A stretch of DNA of 64,000 bases from Deltaproteobacteria bacterium (GTDB taxonomy: Bacteria; Myxococcota_A; UBA9160; SZUA-336): positions 128 to 64,127 of the forward strand of contig SMWZ01000147.1 of the NCBI GenBank assembly GCA_004356455.1. The letters are read 5' to 3'. Both the position numbers and the translations under genes were made by a program. Under the pieces are notes generated by a model. The model worked only from the letters and a program-made list of their open reading frames with translations, made no database searches and had not been told where the DNA came from. This document shows positions 46,431-56,631 of the stretch, piece after piece (position 1 is the stretch's first letter; each line of letters begins with the position of its first letter).

Positions 46431-47258
46431 ATGGAGAGATGGACCCGGCCTGCTCTCAGCTGCCTCGCGTTCTGCGCCGTGTTTGCGGCTTGCAGCACGC
46501 TCACGGTGCAGGAGGAGAAGAAACTCGGCTATCAGGTCCAGCGTCAGGTGCGGGAGGAGTACCAGTTCCTCCGTGAGCCGATCATCGTCAATTACGTGCG
46601 CAGTATCGGCCAGGAGCTGGTCCGGGCCGCGCCTCCCTCGCCCTTCGAGTTCCGCTTCTATGTCGTGGAAGATGAGCAGATCAACGCCTTCGCCATCCCC
46701 GGAGGTGCGGTTTACGTCCATACGGGGCTGATTACCACCGCCAAGAATGCCGGGGAGCTCGCAGGTGTCCTCGCCCACGAGATCGGACACGTAACGGCGC
46801 GCCACGTGGCCCAGATGTACCGCCGGCAGCGCAACACGGGCTTCGCCGCGAACATAGTGTCCATATTGCTTGCTATCCTGACCGGGAATAGCTACGTGGC
46901 GCAGGGGGGCCAGGCGGCGACGGGACTCGCGGCCCAGGCCTATATCAACACCTACACTCAGGACGCCGAGGAAGCGGCCGACGCCCAGGCGGTGAAGACG
47001 ATGGTGAAGGCGGGCTACGACCCGAACGCGCTGATCACGATGCTCCAGACCCTGCAGGCGGAGGCCGCGGGCGGCCTCCAGGTGCCGCAGTTTCTGCTCA
47101 GTCACCCGGCGACCTCCGAGCGCATCCAGGATGTCTCCTACCTGATCCGCCAGCAGGGTCCGCTCTCTGGACTCCGCACCAACGACCGCAAGTTCGAAAT
47201 CATCAAAGCTCGGATTCGACTGGTCGTAGGGACGGATGTGGATCCGGAGCCCGAGTAG
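46431..47258 (+). CDS. M48-family zinc metallopeptidase lipoprotein
   Basis: Lipobox FAAC, HEIGHVTARH (HExxH) and a downstream E. Confidence 0.88.
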   Translation: MERWTRPALSCLAFCAVFAACSTLTVQEEKKLGYQVQRQVREEYQFLREPIIVNYVRSIGQELVRAAPPSPFEFRFYVVEDEQINAFAIPGGAVYVHTGLITTAKNAGELAGVLAHEIGHVTARHVAQMYRRQRNTGFAANIVSILLAILTGNSYVAQGGQAATGLAAQAYINTYTQDAEEAADAQAVKTMVKAGYDPNALITMLQTLQAEAAGGLQVPQFLLSHPATSERIQDVSYLIRQQGPLSGLRTNDRKFEIIKARIRLVVGTDVDPEPE

Positions 47259-47276
47259 CCTGCTGCGAGAGAGCCC

Positions 47277-48944
47277 ATGATGAGCGTCCCCCCCCAGCTT
47301 CCGTCTCCCGGTGTCGTGTTGCGCCGCCTCTTGCAGAACCTCGGGGGGGGTCTGCGCGACCTGGTGTTGCTTCCGTTCCTGAGCCGGATCCCTCGCGAGT
47401 GGGTGGTGCTGCGCCTGGATCGAGGCCTGGCCGAAGCCAGCACCCCCTCGCCCTGGCTCGAGCAGCTGATGCAGCGGCCGCCGCTGCTCGCCAACGTGCT
47501 GGAAGTCATGCGTTACGCGCAGCGAGATGAGCAGGTACAGGGCGTGCTGCTCAAGCTCGGCCCCGGGTCGCTGGGCTGGGCCAAGGTGAGCGCGCTTGCT
47601 CGTGCCCTGGGCCGGCTGCGTGAAGCGGGCAAGCGCGTTGTGGCGTACGCCGAGAACACGGGCAACGCGGGCGCGTGGCTCGGTGCAATGGCCGATCATT
47701 TCTGGATGGCGCCCGAGGGACGGCTGGATCTGCTGGGCGTACGCATGGAAGTTCCGTTCCTGCGGCGCGCGTTGGAGAAGCTCCAGATCGAGCCGGACGT
47801 GATTTCCGCCGGCCGCTACAAGTCGGCGGCGGAGACGCTGGAACGCAGCTCGATGAGCCGCGCCGCGCGGGAGGCGCTGGAGGCCGTGGTCGAAAGACTC
47901 TACGAGGCACTCATCGATGGGCTGGCCAGCGGGAGCGCGGGCAGCGCTGAGCGGGCGCGTGAGTGGATCGACAACGGACCCTACCTGGCGGTGCAGGCGC
48001 ACGAGATCGGGCTGGTCGACGAGCTCGTCTACGCGGACGAGGTGCCGCAGCGTCTGGCGGCGCTGGCCCCCGGGAACGGGGAGCCCGAAGCAGGGCACGA
48101 GGCGCGGCTGGTGAGCGCGGCGAGCTACGCGCGCGTGGCGCGCCCACGCTTCCAGTGGCAGCCGGTCCTGGGCGAGGCCAACGAGCTTGCGGTCGTCGTG
48201 CTGCAGGGCCTGATTCTGCCGGGCGCGGGCTCCTCCCGCGGTATCGTGGGTCTGCTGGGTCGCCTGGCACAGAGCGATAACGTGCGCGCGGTCGTGCTGC
48301 GCATCGATAGCCCCGGCGGCGATCCGCTGGCGTCCGATCTCATCTGGCGTGCCGTGGGCAAGCTGGCGGAGAAGAAACCCGTGGTGGCCAGCCTGGGAGA
48401 CACGGGGGCTTCGGGCGGCTACTACGTCGCGATGGCGGCCAATGAGATCATCGCCGAGCCCACCACGCTCACCGGCTCGATTGGCGTGGTCATGGCCAGC
48501 CTCAAGTTCGACGCCTTCCTCGAGCAGCTGGGCGTGAGCTTCGATGCGGTCGAGCGGGGGCGCCACGCGGGCATCTACGATCCGGTACGGGCGCGCACCG
48601 AAGAGGAGCGCGCGCTGCTTCGTCGTCAGATCGAGCTCCTCTACACGGACTTCGTACGCAAGGCGGCGAAGGATCGCGGGCTTTCGGAGGAAGTGTTGGA
48701 CCGGGTCGCGCAGGGACGGGTCTGGACCGGGTCGCATGCCAAGGAGCATGCGCTCGTGGATCAGCTGGGCGGTCTCGACGTGGCACTGGCCCGGGTGCGC
48801 GAGCTCTCCGGACTCGAGCCCGAGGCGGGGCGCGTGGTGCAGTATGCGGTTTCGCCGGTTGCGGCGAGGTTTCTGCGGTCGAGTCCGCTCGAACGCGCTC
48901 GGGGGGCGCAGTTTCTATGCCCGGTTCAAGTGCGCCTGGACTGA
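47277..48944 (+). CDS. sppA: signal peptide peptidase SppA (S49 family, two-domain type)
   Basis: GDTGASGGYYVAMAANEIIAEPTTLTGSIGV catalytic Ser block and a duplicated ClpP-like fold. Confidence 0.88.
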   Translation: MMSVPPQLPSPGVVLRRLLQNLGGGLRDLVLLPFLSRIPREWVVLRLDRGLAEASTPSPWLEQLMQRPPLLANVLEVMRYAQRDEQVQGVLLKLGPGSLGWAKVSALARALGRLREAGKRVVAYAENTGNAGAWLGAMADHFWMAPEGRLDLLGVRMEVPFLRRALEKLQIEPDVISAGRYKSAAETLERSSMSRAAREALEAVVERLYEALIDGLASGSAGSAERAREWIDNGPYLAVQAHEIGLVDELVYADEVPQRLAALAPGNGEPEAGHEARLVSAASYARVARPRFQWQPVLGEANELAVVVLQGLILPGAGSSRGIVGLLGRLAQSDNVRAVVLRIDSPGGDPLASDLIWRAVGKLAEKKPVVASLGDTGASGGYYVAMAANEIIAEPTTLTGSIGVVMASLKFDAFLEQLGVSFDAVERGRHAGIYDPVRARTEEERALLRRQIELLYTDFVRKAAKDRGLSEEVLDRVAQGRVWTGSHAKEHALVDQLGGLDVALARVRELSGLEPEAGRVVQYAVSPVAARFLRSSPLERARGAQFLCPVQVRLD

Positions 48945-49540
48945 CGGTGGTGCTCGAGGTGGAGGAACTGCGGGTACGTGGGCTCGAGACCTGCGTGGGG
49001 CTCCGACCGGTCGTGCTGGAGATCGGATTCGGACGAGCCGACCTCATGCTGAAGCTGGCCGAAGCCCAGCCGGAGCGGCGCTTCCTGGGTGTGGAGGTCT
49101 CGCGCAAGCGCGTCGAAAAGAGCGCACGCCGCGTTGCGGCCAAAGCCCTGCAGAACATCAAGCTGGTGCACGCGCCCGCGGAGTACCTGCTCGAACGCGT
49201 GCTGCCCGAGGCCTCGGTTGCGGAGTGCTGGGTCAACTGTCCCGATCCCTGGCCCAAGAAGCGCCATCACCGTCGCCGTCTCGTGAACCGGGAGTTTGCG
49301 CTGCGCATGGCGCGAGTGTTGGAGCCCGGAGGTGTGCTGCACATCTCCACCGATCACACCGGCTATGCCGAGAGGATCCACGAGGTCATGTCGAAGGCGC
49401 CGGGGTTGCGAAACCTGCACGCGCCGGCGCCGCTCTCGACCGATCGCCCCGCGCGACCCGAAACCGCCTACGAGGCTGAATGGATTGCCGAGGGACGCGA
49501 CATCGTTTACTTCGATTACGTGAGAGAGGCGGGAGCGTGA
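48917..49540 (+). CDS. trmB: tRNA (guanine46-N7)-methyltransferase
   Basis: LEIGFGRADLM, FLGVEVS, NCPDPWPKKRHHRRR. Alternative GTG start at 48947, 2 nt after the sppA stop. Confidence 0.88.
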   Translation: MPGSSAPGLTVVLEVEELRVRGLETCVGLRPVVLEIGFGRADLMLKLAEAQPERRFLGVEVSRKRVEKSARRVAAKALQNIKLVHAPAEYLLERVLPEASVAECWVNCPDPWPKKRHHRRRLVNREFALRMARVLEPGGVLHISTDHTGYAERIHEVMSKAPGLRNLHAPAPLSTDRPARPETAYEAEWIAEGRDIVYFDYVREAGA

Positions 49541-50640
49541 GTCGAAACACGAACTCCGTGCTGGACCACACATCCGAAGAGCTCAGGCAGGCCTTCGCAC
49601 GCGAGGGGCTCGAACGCTTCAGGGCCGATCAGGTGCTGCGCTGGGTGTATGGGCAGCGAGTCCGCGATTTCCGCCTGATGTCCGATCTCGCTCGTCCCCT
49701 GCGCGAGCGGCTGTATGAGACGTGGAGCCTCGGCTGCCTGGAGCGAGAGTCGAGCTTCGAGTCCACCGATGGCACCCGCAAGCTGGTGCTGCGCACGCAC
49801 GACGGAGCGAAGATCGAGTCGGTGCTGATTCCCGAGCCCAGGCGTCAAACGCTCTGCGTCTCCTCGCAGGTGGGCTGCAGCCTGGACTGCTCCTTTTGCG
49901 CGACGGGGCGACTGGGGCTGGGCCGCAACCTGCGCGCGGGCGAGATCGTAGACCAGGTTCTCCACGGGGCGGAGGTTCTGGCGCGCTCTGGCAAGGAGAT
50001 CACGCACGTGGTCTTTATGGGCATGGGAGAACCGCTGCTCAACCTCGACAACGTGATCCGCTCGATCCGAATCCTGGCGGATCCCCGAGGGATGGGGCTC
50101 TCCCCTCGCCGGGTCACCGTCTCCACGGCGGGCGTCGTTCCTCGCATGGCGGAGCTCGGTCGGGCGCTGCCGGTGCGGCTCACGGTCTCGCTGCATGCTA
50201 CGACCGATGAGGTGCGCAATGAGCTGGTGCCGCTGAATCGTCGTTTTCCGATCGCGACCCTGCTGGAGGCCTGCCGGCGCTATCCGGCTTCGCGGCGCGA
50301 CCGCCTCTCGTTCGAGTACACGCTGATCCGGGGGGTGAACGATTCGCCCGACGATGCCCGCCGGCTGGTAAAGCTCCTGCACGGGCTGCGCGCCAAGGTC
50401 AACCTGATCCCCATGAACGAGCATCCGGGCAGCGCCTACCGCCGACCCGAAGCGCCTCAGATCGAGGCTTTTGCCGGGACGCTGGCGGCCGCGCGCCTAC
50501 CGGTGACGGTGCGTCGCAGTCGGGGGGATGACATCTTCGCTGCCTGCGGACAGCTGGGTGCACCTGCGCCCAGCCATGAGGGGCAAACTCGGCTGATTCT
50601 GTCCGATAAGCAGAAGGGAAATGCTCTACGCCATCGGTGA
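49537..50640 (+). CDS. rlmN: 23S rRNA/tRNA (adenine-C2)-methyltransferase, radical SAM
   Basis: FRADQVLRWVY, CVSSQVGCSLDCSFCATG and MGMGEPL. GTG 49537 overlaps the trmB stop (GTGA). Confidence 0.92.
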   Translation: MSRNTNSVLDHTSEELRQAFAREGLERFRADQVLRWVYGQRVRDFRLMSDLARPLRERLYETWSLGCLERESSFESTDGTRKLVLRTHDGAKIESVLIPEPRRQTLCVSSQVGCSLDCSFCATGRLGLGRNLRAGEIVDQVLHGAEVLARSGKEITHVVFMGMGEPLLNLDNVIRSIRILADPRGMGLSPRRVTVSTAGVVPRMAELGRALPVRLTVSLHATTDEVRNELVPLNRRFPIATLLEACRRYPASRRDRLSFEYTLIRGVNDSPDDARRLVKLLHGLRAKVNLIPMNEHPGSAYRRPEAPQIEAFAGTLAAARLPVTVRRSRGDDIFAACGQLGAPAPSHEGQTRLILSDKQKGNALRHR

Positions 50641-51286
50641 CATTCACGGAATGGGCGACAAGCTCAAGCAGCTGATCGAGAAGCTTCCGCTCCAGCTGGG
50701 CGACCAGCTCCTTTTCATCGGAGACTACGTGGACCGGGGTCCGGATCCGGCGGGGACCGTGGAGTTCCTGGTCCGGCTCCAGAAGCGGCAGCGCTGCACG
50801 TTTCTGATGGGCAATCACGAGGCGATGTTCCTGTCCTTTCTGGGCTGGAACGGAGCGGCGTATTTCGGTGCCGAGGCCTTCCTGGAGAATGGCGGAGATA
50901 CGACGCTCCAGAGCTACGGCTTCTTCAACTCAGAGGATGATTTCCAGTTGCCCAAGCAGCACGAGGAGTTCTACCGCAACCTCAAGCTGTGGCATGTGGA
51001 CGGGGAGTACCTGTTCGTGCACGCGGGTCTGTCGAAAGAGGCGCTGCGGCTTTCCGACGTCGAGTACGCGCTGGCGCGAGAGCAGCCGCGCGACCTGCTC
51101 TGGCAACGCGGAACGGCCGACCTGCCGCATAGCCTGGGCGCGACCGTTGTGTACGGCCATACCCCCATGCCCGACCTGCAGGTGCGCTGGAACCTGCCCT
51201 ATTCGATCGGGATCGACACGGGCTGCGTCTATGGCGGTATGCTGACCGCGATCCGGCTACCCGATGAGACCCTCTTCCAGGTATGA
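50621..51286 (+). CDS. metallophosphoesterase (PPP-type Ser/Thr phosphatase / ApaH-like)
   Basis: [21 protein letters not shown] and VHAG motifs. Confidence 0.85.
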   Translation: MLYAIGDIHGMGDKLKQLIEKLPLQLGDQLLFIGDYVDRGPDPAGTVEFLVRLQKRQRCTFLMGNHEAMFLSFLGWNGAAYFGAEAFLENGGDTTLQSYGFFNSEDDFQLPKQHEEFYRNLKLWHVDGEYLFVHAGLSKEALRLSDVEYALAREQPRDLLWQRGTADLPHSLGATVVYGHTPMPDLQVRWNLPYSIGIDTGCVYGGMLTAIRLPDETLFQV

Positions 51287-51287
51287 G

Positions 51288-52427
51288 ATGCTGGAACTCA
51301 GTGCAGAACAGGAGCTGATCCGCGCCACGGTACGGCGTCTGGCGCAGGAGGAGCTGGCTCCACTCGCCGGACGGATCGACGCCGAGGATTGGTTTCCACG
51401 CGACTTCTTCCGCAAGCTGGGCGAGATCGGGGCGCTTGGCGTGCTGGCGCCGGAGGAGTACGGCGGAAGCGGCGGGGACTACCTGAGTGCCGCGCTGATC
51501 ATGGAGGAGCTGGCCAGGGTGTCTGGCTCGGTCGCGCTGTCCTACGGCGCGCACGCTGTGCTCGCAGTGGGCGCGATCGTGCGCGATTGCAGCCCTGAGC
51601 AGAAGGCGCGCGTGCTACCGGCGCTGTGCACGGGCGAGGCGCTCGGTGCCTGGGCCCTGACCGAGCCCGGCGCGGGCTCGGACGCCCTGGGCATGCGGAC
51701 TCGGGCGAAACGCGACGGCGATGACTACGTAATCGATGGATCGAAGACCTTCATCACCAATGGCTCCGAGGCGAAGACTCTGGTCATTTATGTGAAGACG
51801 GATCCCGATCTTGAAGCCCAGGGCGTCTCGGTCTTCCTGGTGGACGCCAGCTTGCCCGGCTTCTCCGTCGGCCGCACCGTTGAGAAGATGGGGATGCGAG
51901 GCAGCCCTACGGCCGAGCTACGCCTGGACGGGGTGCGCGTTTCCGTCGAGGATCGTATCGGAGAGGAGAACAAGGGCGTCAGCATGATGATGCGCGGACT
52001 CGATGTGGAACGAGCCACCCTGAGTTTCATCTCGCTGGGTCTAGCAGAGGCGGCGCTCGAGCACTCGCTCGCGTACGCGAAGGAGCGGAAGCAGTTCGGC
52101 AAGCCGATCGGCGAGTTTCAGATGGTCCAGAAGATGCTGGCCGATATGTATACGGAGCTTACGGCCGCGCGTCTGCTCTCGTACGAGGCCGCGCAGCGCT
52201 GCATTCACGAGCAGAACTGCTCGAAGCTCGCTTCCGCGGCCAAGCTCTTCTCTTCCGAGGTCGCCACGCGCGCGGGCATGGCCGCCGTTCAGATCCTGGG
52301 GGGCTACGGGTATACGCGCGACTATCCCGTCGAGCGCATCGCGCGCGACGCCAAGCTGATGGAGATCGGTGCGGGGACCTCCGAGATCCAGCGCGTGATC
52401 ATCGCCCGCGAGCTGCTCGGCCAGTAG
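51288..52427 (+). CDS. acyl-CoA dehydrogenase (isovaleryl-CoA dehydrogenase-like)
   Basis: [15 protein letters not shown] and [34 protein letters not shown]. Start ATG 51288 lies 1 nt after the upstream stop. Confidence 0.9.
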   Translation: MLELSAEQELIRATVRRLAQEELAPLAGRIDAEDWFPRDFFRKLGEIGALGVLAPEEYGGSGGDYLSAALIMEELARVSGSVALSYGAHAVLAVGAIVRDCSPEQKARVLPALCTGEALGAWALTEPGAGSDALGMRTRAKRDGDDYVIDGSKTFITNGSEAKTLVIYVKTDPDLEAQGVSVFLVDASLPGFSVGRTVEKMGMRGSPTAELRLDGVRVSVEDRIGEENKGVSMMMRGLDVERATLSFISLGLAEAALEHSLAYAKERKQFGKPIGEFQMVQKMLADMYTELTAARLLSYEAAQRCIHEQNCSKLASAAKLFSSEVATRAGMAAVQILGGYGYTRDYPVERIARDAKLMEIGAGTSEIQRVIIARELLGQ

Positions 52428-52433
52428 CTGGCT

Positions 52434-54335
52434 CTAGCCCCCGATGTGCTCCACCACGGGGATCTTGAGAGCGCTGCCGGGCGTCAGCTCCGTAAGGTCG
52501 ACGTCCGGGTTATAGCGCTGAATCAGCCACGTTGGCACGCTGTAGGTCTGGTGCGCCAGCACCCACAAACTATCTCCCCGCCGCAGCTTGTGGTCGAGCG
52601 TTCCGGTGACCTGGTAGGAGCCGAAGAAGTCCTCCTCGATCCCCTTGTGGAACTCGAGTCGGCGTTGCAGGAAGGTGTCGCGCTCGACGCGTGAGAAGTC
52701 GAGCTTCAGTCGCGTGCCCATGCGCAGCGTGCGGCGCGAGGAGAGTCGGTTCAGTCTCCGTAGCTTCGAAACCGGGAGCTGCAGCCACTCGGCAAAATGC
52801 CCCAGTGTCTCGAGCGCATCTACGAGCACGTAGTCTCCCTGGAGTCGACGCCAGGGTGAGTCGTAGGACGCGGGAGCCGGCGGTCCATACAGAGGTTCGA
52901 CCTCCTCCCTGGGAATCGCTTTGGGCTTGGGGCTCGCCTTGGCCGACTTCACGAGGTTGAAGCTGCGCTTGCCACGCGAGCGCCTGCCCTCCGGGAGCTG
53001 GAGCACTTGGCCGGGAAAAATACGATGGCGGCTGGGCAGGTTGTTGAGCACCACGAGCGTGCTCACGGAGGTTCTGTAGCGCCCTGCGATCCGGCCGAGC
53101 GTATCCCCGCGCCGAACCTGGTGGTAGCGCGAGCGGTGCTGCGCATCGTGGCGAAACTCCTCGGGAATTGCGGCCAGCCATGCTTCGGCGTTCGGCACCA
53201 CGGTGCCCGCGGGCAGTCGCAGCACGTAACTCTTCGGAATGAGCTTCCCGGAGCGATAGATCGGAGGGCGCAGCGCATGGTTGTAGTGGCGCACGACCTC
53301 CGGCGAGACTCCCAGGTAGGTCTGCAGGTCCTTCACGTCCAGGAAGAAGGGCAGCCTGATCTCGTCGACGACCTCAGGGTCGTCCCGCTTCACGGGTCCA
53401 AAGTAAGTCTCGTGAGCGTGCAGAATTTTCCGGGCAGCCAAGAACTGGGCGTAGAAGTTACGCGAAGCGAAGCCGAAGCTGCGGCTGCGGTACTTCTTGA
53501 TGAGGATCGCCAGATCGTCCGTCCCGAGCCTTCGCTTGGCTCGGCGCATCCCGGCCACCCCGTGGTTATAGGCGGTGATGGCGAGCGGCCAGTTGCCGAG
53601 CGACTTGTAGTTGTGACTGAGCAGGCGAGCGGCCGCGCGCGTCGCCAGGATGGGGTCGAGGCGTTGGTCCATGACGTAGTCGATCTTGAGGTAACGCTTG
53701 CCGGTAGAGCGTATGAACTGCCACACGCCTGCGGCCCCGTCCTTGGAGTACGCCTTCAGGTTGAAAGACGACTCGACGTGCGGCAGATAGGCCAGGTCCT
53801 CGGGAACCCCCTCCTCACGCAGGATGGCCCGCATGGCGTTCTCGTAGGCCCCCGACCGGAGCAAGCCCTCATAGAACTTGTCTCGCTGTCCGAGCTGGAA
53901 GCGCACCCTGCGTGCCGCGACGTGGTAGTCCGAGCGCTTGGGTGGGTGTCCCAGCTCCAGCTCGAGCAGGCGCACCACGGTTTCCTCCGCCTCGCTGCGC
54001 GGCGGCTTGCCCGTGGCCAGGCGTCGCAACGCGGATCGCCAGAAGCGTTTGCGCTGGTCGACTCGTCGCTGGCGCGCCCGCGGGCTCTTCTCGTTCTGGA
54101 AGTGGATCGTCTCGTAGACGACGCCAAGGTGGCGCGAGTGATGCAGTAGCCCGCTTTTTGTCGTGACCTCGAGGTAGATGCGCATCCAGAAGGCGACCGC
54201 TGTGCGCATCGCTTCCGGCTGCGGAAAGTCTTCGACGTCCGGCGCGGACGCCTTGGGGACGGCCAGCCCCAGGCTGAAAAAGAGAACCGCAACCAGTGGA
54301 GCTACGCGCGCTCGTCTGCTCAAGTATCCCCCCAT
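52434..54335 (-). CDS. MltD-like lytic transglycosylase with C-terminal LysM repeats
   Basis: SLT block LAYLPHVESSFNLKAYSKDGAAGVWQFIRSTG, followed by three LysM-like segments (YHQVRRGDTLGRIA.., YVLVDALETLGHFA.., KLRRGDSLWVLA..). Confidence 0.85.
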   Translation of the reverse strand: MGGYLSRRARVAPLVAVLFFSLGLAVPKASAPDVEDFPQPEAMRTAVAFWMRIYLEVTTKSGLLHHSRHLGVVYETIHFQNEKSPRARQRRVDQRKRFWRSALRRLATGKPPRSEAEETVVRLLELELGHPPKRSDYHVAARRVRFQLGQRDKFYEGLLRSGAYENAMRAILREEGVPEDLAYLPHVESSFNLKAYSKDGAAGVWQFIRSTGKRYLKIDYVMDQRLDPILATRAAARLLSHNYKSLGNWPLAITAYNHGVAGMRRAKRRLGTDDLAILIKKYRSRSFGFASRNFYAQFLAARKILHAHETYFGPVKRDDPEVVDEIRLPFFLDVKDLQTYLGVSPEVVRHYNHALRPPIYRSGKLIPKSYVLRLPAGTVVPNAEAWLAAIPEEFRHDAQHRSRYHQVRRGDTLGRIAGRYRTSVSTLVVLNNLPSRHRIFPGQVLQLPEGRRSRGKRSFNLVKSAKASPKPKAIPREEVEPLYGPPAPASYDSPWRRLQGDYVLVDALETLGHFAEWLQLPVSKLRRLNRLSSRRTLRMGTRLKLDFSRVERDTFLQRRLEFHKGIEEDFFGSYQVTGTLDHKLRRGDSLWVLAHQTYSVPTWLIQRYNPDVDLTELTPGSALKIPVVEHIGG

Positions 54336-54384
54336 TTTCTGTATCGTGGCGTGGGCCCATAGCTTGAGCCGGAACCGTGCTACA

Positions 54385-55416
54385 TCACACGTTGAAACGG
54401 AAGTGCACGACCTCGCCGTCCTGGATGACGTAACCCTTCCCCTCGAGGCGTAACTTTCCGAGCTTGCGCGCTTCGCCGAGACCGCCCTGGAGCGGTTCCA
54501 AGTCTTCGGCAGCGATCACCTCGGCGCGAATGAAGCCGCGGGCGATGTCGGTGTGGATCTTCCCCGCTGCAGCATGTGCCGTCGTTCCTCGGCGGATGGC
54601 CCAGGCTCGGCACTCGTCATCGCCGATGGTGAAGAACGGGATGATGTCGGCGCAACGGAGTATCGCGCGCGTCACGGCCGCCCCCGCGGGCTCCGGGATG
54701 CCGTACTCGGCCAGGAACGACACCCTCTCCTCCGTGGGGAGCTCCGCCATCTCGGCCTCGAGGGCTGCGCACAGGGCCAGCGTTGGAATCCCGTACTCCT
54801 CAGCACGCTTGACCAGTGCCTCCGGCGGCGCTGCATCGGCTGCGTCCTCCGCCGTGTTGACCAGTGCGATCATGAAGCGATCGGTCACGAAGGCGTAGCC
54901 GCGCAGCGCTTCGCGCTGCGGCGTGGAGAGGGATGCTGCCGCCACGGGCCGTCCCTCCTCGAGCGCGTGCTGCGCGCGCTCGAGCGCCGCGCGCTCGGTG
55001 TCCGAATACTTCGCGTGGGCCTGGCCCAGTCGCCGCTCCACCAAGGTCAGATCCGCCAGACAGAGTTCGCTCAGTAGCCGCTCGAAGCCTTGGCCGAGGG
55101 CGGCCTCGGAGGGATCCGCGAAGGCGGGGACCGCCAGCAGCAGCTGGTCCATCTGTTTCATTGCCCCGATTTCAGCGGTCGGGAAGGATGGCTCGAGCGA
55201 GGGGCAGCAGTCGTGCACGCGGATCTCGATCGGCGTCGTTTTCTTGGGCCGAAAGCGCGCACTCAGCTGCTCCAGACGCGCGTCCTGGACGTGGATGGTT
55301 CCGATCGCACCCCCGGCGTGGCGTGCTCCCGATTCCCTGGGCGCCCGGTGAGCCAGCAGGGCTCGGAAGAGCGTCGTGCGGCCGGAGCCCGCCAGTCCAG
55401 CGATTCCCACATCCAT
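54385..55416 (-). CDS. YchF/OLA1-family protein with atypical G-domain motifs
   Basis: The C-terminal half matches YchF (ECRAWAIRRGTTAHAAAGKIHTDIARGFIRAEV, GKGYVIQDGEVVHFRFNV). The P-loop reads GLAGSGRT and the G3 position reads VHDCC. Confidence 0.75.
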   Translation of the reverse strand: MDVGIAGLAGSGRTTLFRALLAHRAPRESGARHAGGAIGTIHVQDARLEQLSARFRPKKTTPIEIRVHDCCPSLEPSFPTAEIGAMKQMDQLLLAVPAFADPSEAALGQGFERLLSELCLADLTLVERRLGQAHAKYSDTERAALERAQHALEEGRPVAAASLSTPQREALRGYAFVTDRFMIALVNTAEDAADAAPPEALVKRAEEYGIPTLALCAALEAEMAELPTEERVSFLAEYGIPEPAGAAVTRAILRCADIIPFFTIGDDECRAWAIRRGTTAHAAAGKIHTDIARGFIRAEVIAAEDLEPLQGGLGEARKLGKLRLEGKGYVIQDGEVVHFRFNV

Positions 55417-55478
55417 GAGCCGGGGCAGGATAGCGCGAATGTTATGCTTCGGACCTTCGGCGATGTCAGGGAGGAGCC

Positions 55479-56621
55479 ATGGGACCGCTACAGGGCGTGA
55501 AGGTCATCGAGCTCGCCGGCATCGGGCCCGGTCCGTTCTGCGGGATGATGCTCGCAGACATGGGCGCGGAGGTGCTGCGCATCGACCGCGCTCGGAACGT
55601 ACCGGGTGCCGAGCGGCGGAACATGTCGGGGGACGTGCTCGGCCGGGGACGGCGAAGCGTCGGCGTGGATCTCAAGCATCCCAAGGGTGTGGAGACGGTG
55701 CTGCGGCTGGTGGAGCAGGCCGACGTCCTCTTTGAGGGCTTTCGTCCCGGTGTGGTGGAGCGACTGGGTCTCGGTCCCGAGGTGTGTCTGGCGCGCAACC
55801 CGCGCCTGGTTTACGGACGCATGACCGGCTGGGGTCAGGATGGACCCCTCGCCAAGGTGGCGGGACACGACATCAACTACATCGCGCTGGCCGGGGCGCT
55901 GGATGCGATCGGGCGCGCGGGGGAGGCGCCCGTTCCCCCGCTCAACCTGGTGGGGGACTTCGGAGGCGGCGGGATGCTGCTCGCGTTCGGAATCCTGGCC
56001 GCGCTGGTGGAGCGCGGCCATTCGGGGAAGGGCCAGGTGATCGATGCCGCGATGGTGGACGGCGCAGCCATCTTGATGGCGATCTTTCACGGCATGCGGG
56101 CCTCCGGCTTCTGGTCGGACGAGCGGGGCACGAACATGCTCGACACCGGGGCGCACTTCTACGATGTGTATGAGACCGCGGACGGGAAGTACGTGTCGAT
56201 CGGATCCATCGAGCCCCAGTTCTACGCTGAGCTGCTGCGCTTGAGCGGGCTCGAGGGAGAGAAGCTGCCAGCTCAGATGGATCGCTCGCGCTGGCCCGAG
56301 CTGAAGGAGCGGGTGGCCAAGGTGATCAAGACCCGCACGCGCGACGAGTGGTGCGAGACCATGGAGGGATCGGACGTGTGCTTCGCCCCCGTGCTCTCGA
56401 TGGCCGAGGCGCCCCAGCACCCGCACAACCGGGCGCGTGGGACCTTTGTCGAGGTGGAGGGCGTCTCCCAGGCCGCGCCTGCGCCGCGCTTCAGTCGCAC
56501 TCCGCCCGACATCTCTCGGCCTCCGCCGCATGCGGGGCAGCACACCGATGAGGCCCTGGCGGACTGGGGGCTATCGGCCGATGAGATCGCGCAGCTGCGG
56601 GAACACAAGGCCATCGCCTGA
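55479..56621 (+). CDS. CaiB/BaiF-family CoA-transferase (alpha-methylacyl-CoA racemase-like)
   Basis: [32 protein letters not shown] and GHDINY motifs. Confidence 0.9.
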   Translation: MGPLQGVKVIELAGIGPGPFCGMMLADMGAEVLRIDRARNVPGAERRNMSGDVLGRGRRSVGVDLKHPKGVETVLRLVEQADVLFEGFRPGVVERLGLGPEVCLARNPRLVYGRMTGWGQDGPLAKVAGHDINYIALAGALDAIGRAGEAPVPPLNLVGDFGGGGMLLAFGILAALVERGHSGKGQVIDAAMVDGAAILMAIFHGMRASGFWSDERGTNMLDTGAHFYDVYETADGKYVSIGSIEPQFYAELLRLSGLEGEKLPAQMDRSRWPELKERVAKVIKTRTRDEWCETMEGSDVCFAPVLSMAEAPQHPHNRARGTFVEVEGVSQAAPAPRFSRTPPDISRPPPHAGQHTDEALADWGLSADEIAQLREHKAIA

Positions 56622-56631
56622 GTCGGGAGGC

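Noticed and set aside
46389-48749. 786-aa minus-strand ORF, the longest in the window
   Set aside because: It lies antisense to two confidently recognised plus-strand genes: the M48 peptidase with HEIGH and SppA with its catalytic Ser block. Its translation is Arg/Ala/Pro/Gly/His-rich with no recognisable motif. This is a typical stop-free antisense frame in high-GC DNA.
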